The notes beneath the pieces were generated by a model, which saw only the letters and a list, made by a program, of their open reading frames with translations, was not told where the DNA came from and ran no database searches. The position numbers and the translations under genes were made by a program. Below, one piece after another: positions 48,901 through 62,200 of a stretch of DNA of 64,000 nt. The first letter of the stretch is position 1; every line of letters begins with the position of its first letter. Source of the DNA: Phoronis australis (lineage: Eukaryota > Animalia > Phoronida); contig NMRA01000293.1 of assembly GCA_002633005.1 (NCBI GenBank), positions 3,256-67,255 on the forward strand, written 5' to 3'.

Positions 48901-51900
48901 ACAATTTTTTATTTACCCACATATTCATATGTCCATTCACTCGTCCGGCGTCCGTCTGCCGTTCTATCTCCAAACCCTTTGACGTATGTTCACGAAATGT
49001 TGCACATGTGTTCCTTTCATGAATGGGACAACATGAGCGAAGTTTCGGATGGATCTGACTACTGGTGTGTCCCCTAGTGGCAATTTTAGATTTTTACATT
49101 TACTTCTGTATCTTCAAAGGTCCTCGACAGATTTTCACAAAAGTTGGAATATAGGCATTTATTGGAGAGATGACGTAATTGTCCTGTTTTCGGATGGATT
49201 TGAGACATTTTTCGCCACCTACTGTCCATTTTCCTGTTTTTGAGTCTGTTTTTTGGTGTCCACCCCTCTATCAACCAAATCATTCTAAGGATGATTTTGA
49301 AAATTGGCCTATATGTTCTCAGTGTGAAGAGGAAAGTTGAGAATGATGATTCAACTACTGCGGCACCTCGTGGCAGTGTTTTACGCCCATAGCTGTATCT
49401 CCTGAACCCACCGGTGGATGTTTATTAAATTTAGGAAGTATATTTGATATTTATATGAAGTCAACAACAGATGATGACTACTTTCAGACGGACCGACGAA
49501 CGCTGTGTCCCCTAGTGGCAATTTCATTTTTTCTGTTTTCCTTTGTTTCTCTGAAGTTCCTTGACAGATTTTTATGAAATTTGTTAAATAGCTTACTATT
49601 AAAGAAACAATGGCATGTTCCGGTTTTCGGATGGATTTGACGTATTTTGCACCATTCAGTAGCCATTTTATGATACAAATAAACCACCTGTTTCCGATGC
49701 ATTTGTGGGTGCATTTCAATGCTCCGCGTTATTTTCAGAAAATGTTAAATTCAGTAGTTTTGAAGATATTTGACCGAGTGCACAACTTGTCAATAAGGTC
49801 CTACATAACCTTACGTTACCTCATGTTAATCGTTTAGTTGTTCATTTTAGTTGTACTGTACTAACTAAACTTTGAACAGGTGAACATGGTAATTAAGTAG
49901 TCAAGCTACCTTGTGCGATGTATATGCCATTTAAATGTTGATACTTGTTTGAAAGTTGCATCCCTTACAGGGGTAATGTATGGTCTTTGCATTGCATTAA
50001 TTAGAACTTGGATGTACCTTCGGAATTTAGGTTCAGCAATGGTTCATGCTCGTCATGGAGAATCTAAAATGCATCAAAAATAGTTTCTATGCACAGAAAA
50101 CGTTTGAAAAATGAAAACTGGTAACAACATATGGGAAACTCACAGACAATTTCATAAACATGTTTTTTTTATTCATGTCACAGTTGCATGAATTCATTTA
50201 TGCTTGGCAAAAGCTATTAAACCATAAGTTACTGTTCCTCTGTATTTGTATGGGGAAAATAAAGTATGTGAAAATACTGTGATATCCTGTATTGGGAAGA
50301 ATGTCAATGTATATGCGTAAACATTTCAATGAAAGCTGCCTGACTAATGGTTGGACTGGTGTTCTGCAGATCCACGCGTGGCTGACTGGTTCATGATGTC
50401 TACTCCGTGGCCCAGTATTGCCATATGTGTATTCTACGTCTATGCCGTGCTGTCGCTGGGACCGAGGATGATGGAAAATAGGAAACCGTTTGAAATCCGC
50501 AACATCATGATGCCGTACAACTTTGCTATGGTGGTGCTGTCTGGCTATACATTTATGGAGGTATTGGTGCTGCAGAGTGTTCTTTATTCATGGTTCTCCT
50601 AAAAGCGCCTGCTCATTTGTGGAAACACTTGGAATTCTTCTAATAATGAGGTTTTGAAACAAGAGCATACACAGCCAAGTATTTTTTCCTTGGCTTAGGT
50701 AATATTATTATCTCCTAGCACTCTGTGTTCCATGTTAGAATGACTCATTGACTGCATATGTTTTAACTTTGTAGGTTTAATTTAGCTTTGTGTGAGTTAA
50801 TCCTCTGAACTATCTGCTTTGTGAAGTAGTAGTGTTGAACACACTATGTAGCAGATTGACTCCTGTTTACATAACATACCGTAAACGTTCGGGTTAACGC
50901 CCTGGGCGGTTAAATTGGCAAACCCAAAAAATGGGGGGTGGGCGGTTAACCAGACATGGGCGCTTAAACGTGAAACTTCAAAAAATCCAGGGTGTGTGGT
51001 TAACCGAACATGAGCGCTTATTACGACAGGCAAGCGCCCTGGGCGGTTAATCTTACCTCGTGATCCAAGTCCCCACACCACACATGTAGGCCTTCTCGGA
51101 ACTTTCAAAGAGCGTTATCGTCACGTCGCCACATGACGGGAAAAATGTCATAACAGCGGATGATCCTAACAAAGGTTATCATGCCCTCAGATTAGTTATT
51201 CACTATTAAATTTACAGAATTGCTGAGTAATAGCCCCGTGCCGTCCTGCGGTCTTGTTATTTAGCCCTGTAGAGCGCAGACGACCAGTGACCACGTAGCC
51301 TCTACTTGGATTGCAACTATTTCATCTTGCTAAAGTGCGCGCGTGCAAGCTTCACGTGTTGCAGAGGTCACAGCAGACATCAAATTTATGGTTGCAGTCT
51401 CGTACTAGCTGCCAAGTTCACAGTCAGAGAGCAGTTTTAAAATTGGTTGTAATAAAAGTTTGAAAACCTTAATTCAGATGTTTTTTGTGTTTGGGATGTT
51501 TATAGTCGATACTCCGTGACTCAATGACATTTTCAGCGTATGGTTCTGTGTCTTGCTGTTTTATCTCGACTGCCCGGCATTGCTCACTTGCCGTTGCGCC
51601 AAACATGCTCGGCAAAGACTAGGCCCAAGACAAGAATCGGGGTTTAGCAGCCGTGTGCCACTCGTCAATCAAGAATAAAATTTCGAGCCACGGCATAAAT
51701 ATGTGATAAAACACTACAAAACAGCGATATTTCAATTCATAAACGATCACCTTACCAAACTTCATGGTGGAAAAACATTTATTTTTCATGCAAGATGTCC
51801 AGATTATCCTATTTATATCACTTGTAATATCGCACTGCGGTACAGTTCGGTCCCGCTGTTATCGTGCAATGTCTCAGTCGGCTGACAATCGTGAATTGGA

Positions 51901-54900
51901 AATGCCGTCAAGTAATATAACGGCCTCTTTCAATATGCATCTCGTTTTTATGGCCAAAGATAGCGTCGGGATTCAGCACGCGCGTAGGGCCTACGTGCGA
52001 GTCACCTGTCAATCACATGTTGGTGTCAAGGTAACATGCACTCTAAAGTGTGGGAACTTGCGCGCGTGCACCACTGCAAAGTCACACATCAAAAGAGAAT
52101 AGCGACACTTCTAAGTAACAGAAACGGGCGTGACTATATGCTTTTAACCATTGTCTCATTTCTGTGGCCTGATTTTTTCAAATATATGTTTTATCAAGTG
52201 CACTGCAGACGAAAACTCAGCGCGGCACACAAAGTCGCCGAAAGCGGAGGTTTTGACGCTGCCATCAAGTAATATAACAGCTTTTTATGGCCAAAGATAG
52301 CGGCGGGATTCAGCACGTGCGTAGGGCCTACATGCGAGTCACCTGTCAATCACATGTTGGTGTCAAGGTAACATGCACTCCAAAGTGTGGGAACTTGTGC
52401 GCGTGCACCACTACAAAGTCACAGTCCTAAGTAACAGAAACGGGCGTGACTATATACTTTTAACCATTGTCTCATTTCTCTGGCTTGATTTTTTCGAATA
52501 TGTTTTATCAAGTGCACTGCAGATGAAAACTCAGCGCGGCAGACAAAGTCGCTGAAAGCGGAGGTTTTGACGCCGGCGGCGTTCTTAAACTTTGCAAACA
52601 TGGGAAGAAAATAAAGTGCCAAAAACGTTCAAGTATTATATTTTGAAGTGAGTCCATGACCCAAGACAATAACTCGTTACTTGTATAATTGCAATTCACA
52701 TTGCTAAACCACCGTCTCGGAGGCCCGGCGTCGTTGCGCTCATTGTGATCATCGATCTTTTTCTAAAAGTCTGTGAATCGCGCGTTTCCTTAGCACTGGG
52801 CGCTAAATCTTCATTCTTTAAAAGTCGGGGATGGGCGCTTAACCGAGAGGTGAGCGCTTAACTGGAAATCTTCAAAAATCGCAGGGGGGCGCCTAACCGA
52901 GCAGTGGGCAGTTAAATCGAAAATCCACCTAAAGTAGGGGGTGGGCAGTTAACTGAGCATGGGAGTTCACCCAAACGTTTACGGTAGGTCTAGTGTGTAA
53001 TTAGAATTGCACCTGGTCCTGGACTCCAGTCTTTTTACTTGCAGTCAACAATTTCTGTTCAACTTTGGTTAGAGTCTGTTATTCTGTGCTGGAGTATGTT
53101 ATGGTTTACGTGTCTGACTGTGTTATCCTATTTTGCACTTGCTGACCCCAGCATCAAAGCCAAAAGCTTTGAGCCTGAACTCGTAATTTTTACTCGAGTT
53201 GGGAGCTCGATTCTTGGGGTCATCAATTGCAAATTTAGATTTCATAATGATTTGCGTAATTCATAATACATTCGAACACAGAATAATAGATAATTGTCTT
53301 AAGTTATAAAGGAGAACGGTACAAGCCAATATATGTTCGAGTTCGTGGTCGCCAGGTTTCAATAGATGAAATAACGCCATGTTGTTATTGTTAGTAAGTA
53401 ATAAATCTCCATTTCTGCTGATTCCAAACCCTGGTTTTACTTGAAAGTCCGATTAGCTTGGGTGGATCACAGGTAACTTGTGGAGACATATAAATATAAT
53501 GGAAAGCACCCTACAATTCAAAGCACCGGTTCACTGCAACATGTTTTGGTCAGAGTGCAACTGATCAACTATCATACAAGAGATTGAAAGGGAGGTCAAA
53601 GTGCATCGAATTAGTAACGTGGATTGGCAAATCTTTTGCGCACAAGGCTCTTGAGGCATGTGCAATTAGGTCACACTGGAATTACCTAAAGTGCTACTTG
53701 AGACACAAGATTATACATCTGATTGCGTGTCTCAGTGTTATCTGTGATGTTACTGAATGTTTATGAGCCGACAACCATCCCACAGTGAATTTGAAGAATT
53801 ACAGCAGGTGCGTGCAGGCTTCTACATAAGCCAGAAAAACGCTTGAAAATACGGGTAGAAAAAGTAAAATACAAGTAGAAAATTGAAATTACTCGTTTGG
53901 ATGTTGAGCTGATGTCTGGATTTGTTGGTCATCACTTTTTACGCACCCAAATCCGGGAATATGAATGGCAATTATGACATCACTCGTTTCTTTGAGCGAT
54001 CATTTTCGCCTGTGCTGAGCACTGCCTTACATAAAATCCCCCTACGTAATTGTTACTATTTGTGACATTTCTGTTTTCAGTTCTTACTGGCTGGCTGGGC
54101 TACTGGGTACACACTGGGCTGTCAAACTGTTGATTACTCTGACTCTCCAAAGGCTCTCCGGGTAGGCTGCGGTTTTTACTGTTTATTGGTCGTGTTGCTG
54201 TTATTTAAAGTAAGATCTCACTAACAGTTTGCAAACTCAATGTTACTCGTTGGTATTTAAATGATTTAGTAATAATCGGATATTATGTGCCCGCATTTTG
54301 AGAACCAGTTTTCTCTACTAAATTGCAGGCATCAAACTGGTTTTCAAAAAGGGGCATATTTCATCTGACTATTGCCATGATTGTCTGGATTACTTTGACT
54401 TATGTTTAGTATTCCACCCGTGGACAGGATTGCTTTTGGGAATGTGTCTCTCGTACATTAAAACTTTTGGTGGCCTATTTTTGACTTTACGAATAGATTC
54501 ATCTATACAGTATTAACCCTGTACCATGTAATAACTATTTATAAATACCTTAAGCTTTCAACTCAGTCGGTTAAAAATGTTAGACACAAGTATGTTGTCA
54601 GTATACTCTTAGGCCACTGATTAACAGTGTCTGTCATTTCACATCTTGTATTCTTTCATTCCTAGATGGCACGTGTTTGTTGGGTGTTTTACATCACCAA
54701 GTTTATTGAGCTTCTGGATACAGTAAGTATACACCCAGGTCGTGAGCAAGTTGGTTTTACAATAAAAGTTTATGTTATGAAAAGTGGAACATTTTTTTTC
54801 TGATTGTTTCCTTTTGTGTTTTAGTCACAGCAGCTGCATGAAATTTAGACACATTTAAATCAATTTTGACAAATTTTTTGAATAGTTTTGTGGGATAATA

Positions 54901-57616
54901 AATCATGTGAGCTCATGTTAATCTTGGTTTTTGCAGGACATATTGACATGACATGACACGATCACAATAATTTTGATTGAAAAGGGGCAGTATACCATTC
55001 TGTAAAAAACATCTTTTCATTCGAGTGACTTGCTGTTACAAAACCTGTCTCATTCTTCTCAAATGACGGTAATATGCAATCTTTTCCAATGGTGGTATCC
55101 ACTGATATGCCAGTATTGGATTGAAATTCTTCCAACTGTTACCTCATGCCATGGTGCCTGAATTATGTCTGGAACAGTGCTAAGGAATCCTTCTGCTGTA
55201 GATATTCTTTGTGATGCGTAAGAAGAACAGCCAAGTGACATCTCTGCATGTATTTCATCACGCTGTCATGCCTGCCTCCTGGTGGTTCGGAGTGAAGTTT
55301 GTGGCTGGTAAAGTGGGCTTTGTCTAAAAAGACTTTGCTAATTTGCTGGAAGTTCATTATGAGCCTTGTAGAAACTTGGTTGTCGTATATATTCTGCTCT
55401 TCAACTGTAGTGCAGTGGTTTTCTATAAATATTATATAGTTTTATCTTGTTGTTCATTCTGTAAAGACCACTTAGTTACTCAGTAAACATTTGTCCTTGT
55501 GTTTGCCTGGTGTGCATTCTAGAGGTCTCTTCATACAACAATTAGACAATGGATGGTGGGCAGTTGGTCTCTCTTGGTTACATTTACTGCCCCAAGCTTG
55601 AGTAAAGGGACATTATTGGTTTTTCATATCCGAAAATACATTTTTGGGATTCTTGATGGATGAGAAAACTACTTGAAATTATTAGCTTCAACTAAACGTA
55701 TAAAACAACAAAATCTGTTGTGTTTTGTGATTTTATTATAAATTGCCAATTCTCACCATAATCTGCCAAAATTCACTGAAAACAACGCCTATGACTTTAC
55801 CAATAAAACATGCTTTAAATACTCTGCCAGTTATCGAGTGACATTTAGGTCCGACAGCAGAGTTTTAGGTGGCAACCACTGTCATTGCAGGTTCGATTCC
55901 ATGCTGGGGATGATCTCGAATAACCGCTGTGATTTTGTGAGATAAGTCTCATTGCCGTTTTGAATCTCCAACCCCTAGGTTGTAATCTGTTGCTCTGCAG
56001 GTAGAGCTAGACCCCACTCAATAAATGACAGAGTATTTTATATTCAACTGATAAAGTAATGGACTTTGTTTTGTGCAAAAGTCTGAAAGACAGTAGCGAG
56101 AATTGGTGATATGTAATAATTTTCTGTGTCAAAGCTAATAACTTTCAAAAAGTTTATCCAGTCCAACAATCAATCGTTTTTTGTCCGTAAAACCAATAAT
56201 GTCTCCCTAATTTTAATTTGATACAGGTTTTACTTAAATAGTTATTGCTGCATGAGAGGATTAAAATCCTTAATTGATAGAAAATGCCAAAATTGACTAA
56301 TTGTTAGCAGCACATGTAAAGTTAGGATTAATTAGTGTTTTCTTGTATTTTTTTTTAGTAAAATGTGTTATTACTTATTGTTTTCAATTTTTGCTGTCTT
56401 AGACGAAAGTGTAATTGATTACTAAAAAACAAAACCACCAAATTTCACCCAGTCAGATGGTGTAATAATTAATTACATTTTCTTCATCTTGATGGTGTCT
56501 TAGTAAAATGACCATGTATTATTTACTTGAATACGACCCCCTGTCATTTCCAGGTGGTTTCGGCACATTCCATTCGCTTCTCAACTCGTTCATTCACTTC
56601 CTGATGTACATCTACTATGGTTTGGCTGGCCTTGGACCCCAGTATCAGAAGTACCTGTGGTGGAAGAGATACATGACCAAATTCCAGATTGTAAGTCCAC
56701 TTAGCAATTAAAGTAAATCCTTCATGAGTCATCAGCTGATTTGGTGGGTTATTCGTTCCAATTGATGTAGGGTGAGTGAATGAGAGACAGGCGAGTCCCT
56801 CTGGGCAGTAGTACTCTCATTCATCGCAGGTTGCTTCTCAGCCATAATTGGCACTCGCGTCTGCACATTTTCAGCAGTCTGGAATTGACACTGCAACCTT
56901 TCAGTTGAGGTACCACCGCAATCGTTACATACTGTTGGGCTTAACATTCATGGGTTTTCTCAGCCTTGATGAGCAAGCATCAAAAAGTTAACCTTGTCAG
57001 CATTTTGTCTGAGTCATGGAAAGTTGATTCTTCTTGTCTACTACTTGTTTAGTGGGTATTGTTGTTGATGAACGCGACAGATGTAATTACTGATCTGAGC
57101 TAAAAAATGCCACGACTTTCAATTGTACTCTCTGTCTTTCATGGAGATGAATGTTGATACGTGCTGAATTAACAGTTTTTAATACTCACTATCTAACCAT
57201 ATTTCTTTGATTAACAATGAGACTGTTTATTGAAGTTAACAACTGTGTCTTGTGACATTAGGCCACATGTTTCCCGAAAGAGAGCCAGGCTATGTTTCCT
57301 CAAAGCATTTTCGAGCTTTGTCCGCCCTTGAACTATTTGTTTGAATAGGTTTCATTTAGGGTAACAATTCCGTAACAAATTTCTTGTAAATTTCCAGATC
57401 CAGTTCATTCTTGTCACCATGCACTCTACGCAGCTTCTCTTCTACAAAGACTGCCCTTATCCCAAACTGTTCATCGTTTGGATTCTCGCCTATGCCGTCA
57501 TCTTCCTAGTGCTGTTTGTTGACTTTTATCGTAAGTCATACAAGTTGAAACGTAAGCCTGATGCCTCATCTGCAAATGGGGTTGCCAATGGTGTCACTAA
57601 AAATAAAACCTCTTGA
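45950..57616 (+). CDS. ELOVL7: Very-long-chain fatty acid elongase, ELOVL1/7-like; whole spliced gene (7 coding exons, 840 nt, 279 aa)
   Basis: join(45950..45998,50370..50560,54081..54161,54666..54722,55202..55307,56554..56690,57398..57616). Motifs [43 protein letters not shown], TxxQxxQ, C-terminal KxKxx ER signal (KNKTS). Orthology to ELOVL1 versus 7 not resolvable. Confidence 0.96.
46130..46623. mobile_element. 494-bp hAT-like MITE with 6-bp TSD
   Basis: CAGGGCTTGGAA / TTCCAAGCCCTG TIRs; AGTTTT on both flanks; repeated TTTCCGC subterminal motifs; degenerate relative begins ~17841. Confidence 0.8.
47057..47700. mobile_element. Foldback-type element with 21-bp tandem units in inverted arrays
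   Basis: TATGAAG..TCAAAGGGTTCTT outer IR; (GCTTAATCTACATGTACTTTT)-like units at ~47110-47195 and reverse complements at ~47495-47660. Confidence 0.75.
48907..49740 (+). mobile_element. Helentron/HINE-like non-autonomous element
   Basis: ACCCACATAT / ATTTGTGGGT subterminal IR, (GTCC)-like tract near the 5' end, GCATT-TC-AATGC 3' hairpin; same 3' end at 42207-42248; related minus-strand sequence ~18470-20075. Confidence 0.6.
50370..50560 (+). CDS. ELOVL7: ELOVL coding exon 2
   Basis: cag|[15 protein letters not shown]...[11 protein letters not shown]...YNFAMV...FME|gt, 191 nt. Confidence 0.97.
50879..52984. mobile_element. Second copy of the same pogo-like element, inverted, with internal tandem duplication
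   Basis: Same TIRs and TA flanks; reverse complement of 42630-44384; ~51904-52260 duplicated at ~52261-52573. Confidence 0.9.
54081..54161 (+). CDS. ELOVL7: ELOVL coding exon 3
   Basis: cag|[27 protein letters not shown]|gt, 81 nt. Confidence 0.97.
54666..54722 (+). CDS. ELOVL7: ELOVL coding exon 4
   Basis: tag|[19 protein letters not shown]|gtaagt, 57 nt. Confidence 0.97.
55202..55307 (+). CDS. ELOVL7: ELOVL coding exon 5
   Basis: tag|[35 protein letters not shown](G)|gt, 106 nt. Confidence 0.97.
55850..56030 (+). mobile_element. tRNA-derived SINE remnant
   Basis: B-box GGTTCGATTCC at 55890-55900; no cloverleaf. Confidence 0.35.
56554..56690 (+). CDS. ELOVL7: ELOVL coding exon 6
   Basis: cag|[23 protein letters not shown]...[14 protein letters not shown]|gtaagt, 137 nt. 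Confidence 0.97.
57398..57616 (+). CDS. ELOVL7: ELOVL terminal coding exon 7
   Basis: cag|[22 protein letters not shown]...KNKTS-TGA. Confidence 0.96.
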   Translation: MQFILVTMHSTQLLFYKDCPYPKLFIVWILAYAVIFLVLFVDFYRKSYKLKRKPDASSANGVANGVTKNKTS

Positions 57617-59014
57617 GGATTGGATATGTTAGATTTTATTCTGGGACTTTGTTCTATTTTACGCGTCATGAATTTGTTACGCTAGGCCTGTCAAAATTAG
57701 CCATTTTTAAGTATGATAGATGAATAAGTGCAAGTTTCCTTTTAGTGTGTGTTTGTTTATGTTGGCATATTGCAATTCTAGTCCTTATGGTCAATCATTG
57801 TAGGTTGTTGATGTACGGAATATAAGTAATGGTCACTTACGGGTATGAACCTGGTTCTCTAAGTCCTAGTCCCCTGTAAATGACTAGTGCCGAATAAACT
57901 ACCAGCTTTCATGGCATGGTTTTATTTGTGCTGCCTTTATTGTTTACAATGTTAGACTAAGTTGCTGTCGCTTGCTATATTTTGACTTAAAACCCAATGC
58001 GGTACCATCTTTGAAAACCATTGTTTTGGTTGACGTGTTTTTGGACAGAACCCTTTTTGGTTCTTTATACAGTGAGTTAGCGTTCCTTGATAACAACAGG
58101 GACCAAGATTGACTGGTACCAGTTGTAAATTTTCTTTGAAGTTTGACAACTGAGATCACACATTAAAGTCTTTGCGGGATATTGCCCTGCAGTATAAGCA
58201 AAGCTCATAATTAATTTCACTGTCTTGCGCTCACGATTATCTTGCATTATGGCACATGCCTCTGGTCACTATGTTACTCGTATCAGCTCACTGTTTCATT
58301 CAGTTGTGTTTTATATCTCTGTGAATATGCAAGTTACATGATGTTCTTTTCTGATTTAAGGTTGGTGTAGAGAATTAAGATTTTTTACTTTTATTCTACT
58401 GAGCCATTTGTTGTCGTTGTGACCATCGGAGAGGTTCTATGACTTGTGGCTAATTATTTGACTAAACACATTATACCAGAGTTGGTCCAAATTAAAGCCT
58501 ATCTTCAATGGTAACACATGTAAATTTGGTTCCTACACTATGTTAAGAGCATCGCTTTTAACCCACTAGTGCCATAAATTGCCAAATGTAACGAACTGTT
58601 AGGCGTATTAGCTTGCTTTTGTCTACGTCACCGCGAGAATCTTCTTTTCATTCAAACAGCTGCGAGTAACACGCACGCAAAGGTGTTCTGTTCAGACCCC
58701 TATTCAATACAACTTTTTGTTGTTTGTGGTGGGATCTCGCCGTGACGCAACATGGCACGAAAAGGCAGCTTCACTTATCATTTGACGGGCTTACACTTGC
58801 ATGATTGAACTTTCGTTTTCTTATTTACTCAGTCTTTGCTAGGACTGTCTGGTTAGCCTAATACATCTAAAGTAACAAAATTCTGTTGAAGTTAGGCTTT
58901 AAGATGAGGCATTACAAGTTGGAATTGCAAGCCTACTGTTTGAAATTTCGAAAATTTAAATTTAATCAAGGCATAGATATTAATTGCCTACAAAATACTA
59001 CAATACCAGGCTTT

Positions 59015-59286
59015 AAACCGGGGCTTTGTGTAAAAAATTATTTTATTTAAGGACTTACCGTAATGAAGTTGGTCTCAAACTGTTCCTAAGTGAAGTTAGA
59101 GATTTTAGGGCTTTGTAGCCCAGTTTGTAATAACTTGAGTCGAAGCAGAGCGTGAGCTGAAGATATAACGGACTGCCAGTTTGTCCCAAGCCCGGAGATC
59201 ATTTCTAAACTGAGTAAAGAACAAGTTAAAACCAATTTTAGAGGGGTAAATGCCTAGACCTATTTTTTTTACACAAATCTCGGTTT
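59015..59286. mobile_element. MITE (~270 bp) downstream of the ELOVL stop
   Basis: AAACCGGGCTTTGTGTAAAAAA / TTTTTTACACAAATCTCGGTTT imperfect TIRs. Confidence 0.6.
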
Positions 59287-62200
59287 GATGCTGCTTTAAA
59301 TTTGTATTGAATGTGGCTCTTTGGGTGGTATAGGTAGCTGGTTGTTTTTGAGAAATAAGGATAAGTTGTTAAGAGAGTTCAGATTTTGATAAGAATGTTA
59401 GTTTTAGCTGCATTGTATATCTGTGATAAGACCATAACAATGTCAGTAGAAGTATCACATGTCTAACATAAATACATCTTAAATTAGAATTTTAATTAGT
59501 CTTAAGTGGTTCCGATGATATTTGAGAGAATGCACTTATTTTGCATTATATATATCCTCAACATTTGGGTTTTTGAACATAGGTTGATTACATCTGTTAT
59601 GTTTATAATCATTTTTCAACATAGTCCTTCCGAAGTTGCATTGGCTATGTGTATTTTGTCAAATGTTTGCATGTATTTATGTTGTAAATTTTGTTTAAAT
59701 ATCCTTGAGTCTTTAACTGCTGTTGTTTGACTTTAATTGAAATTCGCCTGTTGTGTTGAAAGGCCTAAGCAAGCAGTTTTTTATTTCGCTTTAGGCTGTG
59801 TATGTATTGGGGAAGCAGTTTAGGTGTTAAAGTGGTATTTAATTTGGGCTTTAAGGCAAAATGTAAATTTTGATTTAGGCCACTAACCTGTGCTGTACAT
59901 GTAGTTTTGGTATTTGAATTTAGGAGATCCAGCAAGAAATTGTGCTGATTGAGCTAAATTGGCTATTTACTGAATTTCTGAGCAAATTAACTGCCATTTT
60001 TCAGTTTTGTATGTTTGTTTTAATTACTTGATTCCTCCACTGTGCTTTGTTGATCGTTAGCGACTGCAGACAAAGCTGTGTTTTTCAGACACTATTTGTT
60101 GTTGATAATAAAAAGGTCTGCCATCCATTATTTTCTGCTATGAATTCCTGACAGTTACTTAGAAATTAATTGAGAAATTGTAATTCTGACACTGAATAAG
60201 AAGAGCTTGCATTTATTGTTATAAAACAGCCTGGTTTTGTTATTTGGATTAGAAAGGATTGTTAAGCTCGAGAATAACTGACGGGTCCTTATGGGGTTAG
60301 TTTCAGTCGCCAAATCGGAATAAATTTCAGCTGGACTGGAATGCCAACTCCCGCGCGTGACCCATGTTTTCTACTAGTATTAGAACTTCCGACTCCGAGA
60401 TTGCACATGACTGGCCGCGAGAGTTTGCTTGTGAATTTGCCGTTGCCTGCTCGACTGAGTTTTGATAGTGTTGTAGTTATCAAATCGAGTCTAATTTCAT
60501 TGCTTCATTTTCATTTTGTCACATACGTTCATGATGGAATCGTCAAGCGAGATTCTTGAGGTACTGCTCCGGACAATCCGCGATTTCTTGGTAAAATTAG
60601 TCAACAAACTCGCCAATTACGCACCGACCTGTGGGCGTGGCAGATCGGTGGCCCTGACTGAATGCCGGAAATAGTTGGCCTCTGACATGTATCTTTTCAG
60701 CTCCAATCTTACAGCCGCTCTCGACAACCCATCAAACATGTTAGGGTTTTTTCAACAAGACGTTTTTGGATGTTAAAAGCGTGTTACATTATTTTTACGA
60801 AAGAATTGACACTTGGTTTCCGAGTGTTCTGCAATTGCAAATGAAAAGTTTAAGCCCTATTAACAGGCGTGTTTACATAACTTTCGAATAAACAATCCAG
60901 TGCCGGATTATCCATTAAGCTATAATAAGCTACAGCTTAGGGACCCTCGCAAAACAGGGGCCCCACCTTGCAGAAACGGGACCCCAAAACAAATTTTGTT
61001 AGGAACTTTTAGGGAATAGTTGCGCCAAGAGAACAGTGGAGAACAAAACTGTCGCTGCAATGCATTTAGTATACAACATTTCGTGATTTTCTACACTGTT
61101 AATTTATTTTTTGCGGAACCTTTGTAGCGATGTAAATTGTCAATCTAGTCAACTGTGGCGTAAAGGTGTGTGTGCGTATGTCCGTCGTCACACCTTGGGT
61201 GGGAAGTCTCCATAGTGTACATGTACGTTTGTAGCCTAGTTTATGTATTTGTTTTTATTTCAAGAAACATAAAAAACGTTGAATAACTTGTAATGTATTT
61301 CTTTTACTCACATTAATTACGTATATGCAAAAGTTCCCTTCTGTCTCGACAACGAAGTAGAACATGTTAATTCTATTTCTGAGCACATATGTTAATTCTG
61401 TACTATCAATTTTCCCTCCATGCCGCCGTACCATCTTAATGTTTTGACTCACGGCGAAATTGACACATACTATTGTGTTTTCCCATGCGACACAGCACTA
61501 TTTTCCCATTTTGACTAAAAAGAAAAACTCCGCATCCGCAATTTCTCATTCGATAAAAAAAACAAAAAAAACGTCGGGGGCTTTTGGGTGTTGCGCCGAA
61601 CCTTTCACCCTTGCGTATTACCATGGACACAGATGTCCTGCATTTCAATCTAGTTGTCCCGTTTTTTCATTCTCGAAATGTGCAACAGGTTTTCAAAATA
61701 ACATTATCACTTTGTTATGAATATTGTTATTTTCCGGAGTCTTCTTTCTTTGGTGACGTAACAATAGTAAAATGTGTTATAATGTCTCTTGTTTGCAGTA
61801 GGCCTAACACACACTCCGTTTTACTTTCTGAAAAAATGACTGAGTTTATTTTTTAAATTTCAATGGAACGTTCTACACTGCAACCAAGGTAATGAGCTAT
61901 CCGCTATATATTTCAAAGCTACACAATAGTTGTAATTTTTTTCTACCAGAAAACCCTTATCTGGTTCCGCTAAACCTGATTGATTGTCACAGAAAGGTAA
62001 TTATAGAGTTGCGCACGTTTTTGAATCTTAATTTTGTGCGACGAACGTTCGCAGAGAAATTCATTGACTTGTCCTGTCGGACAAGGTGCTCGGCCGTGAG
62101 CTTGTCCGGACCAACAAATTGGTTGTCCCGGGCAGTCGGACTATCGTTAGTGTCGAGCCTTGAAGTATTAGATGTCTATGGGCCTAACGGTGACTCATAC

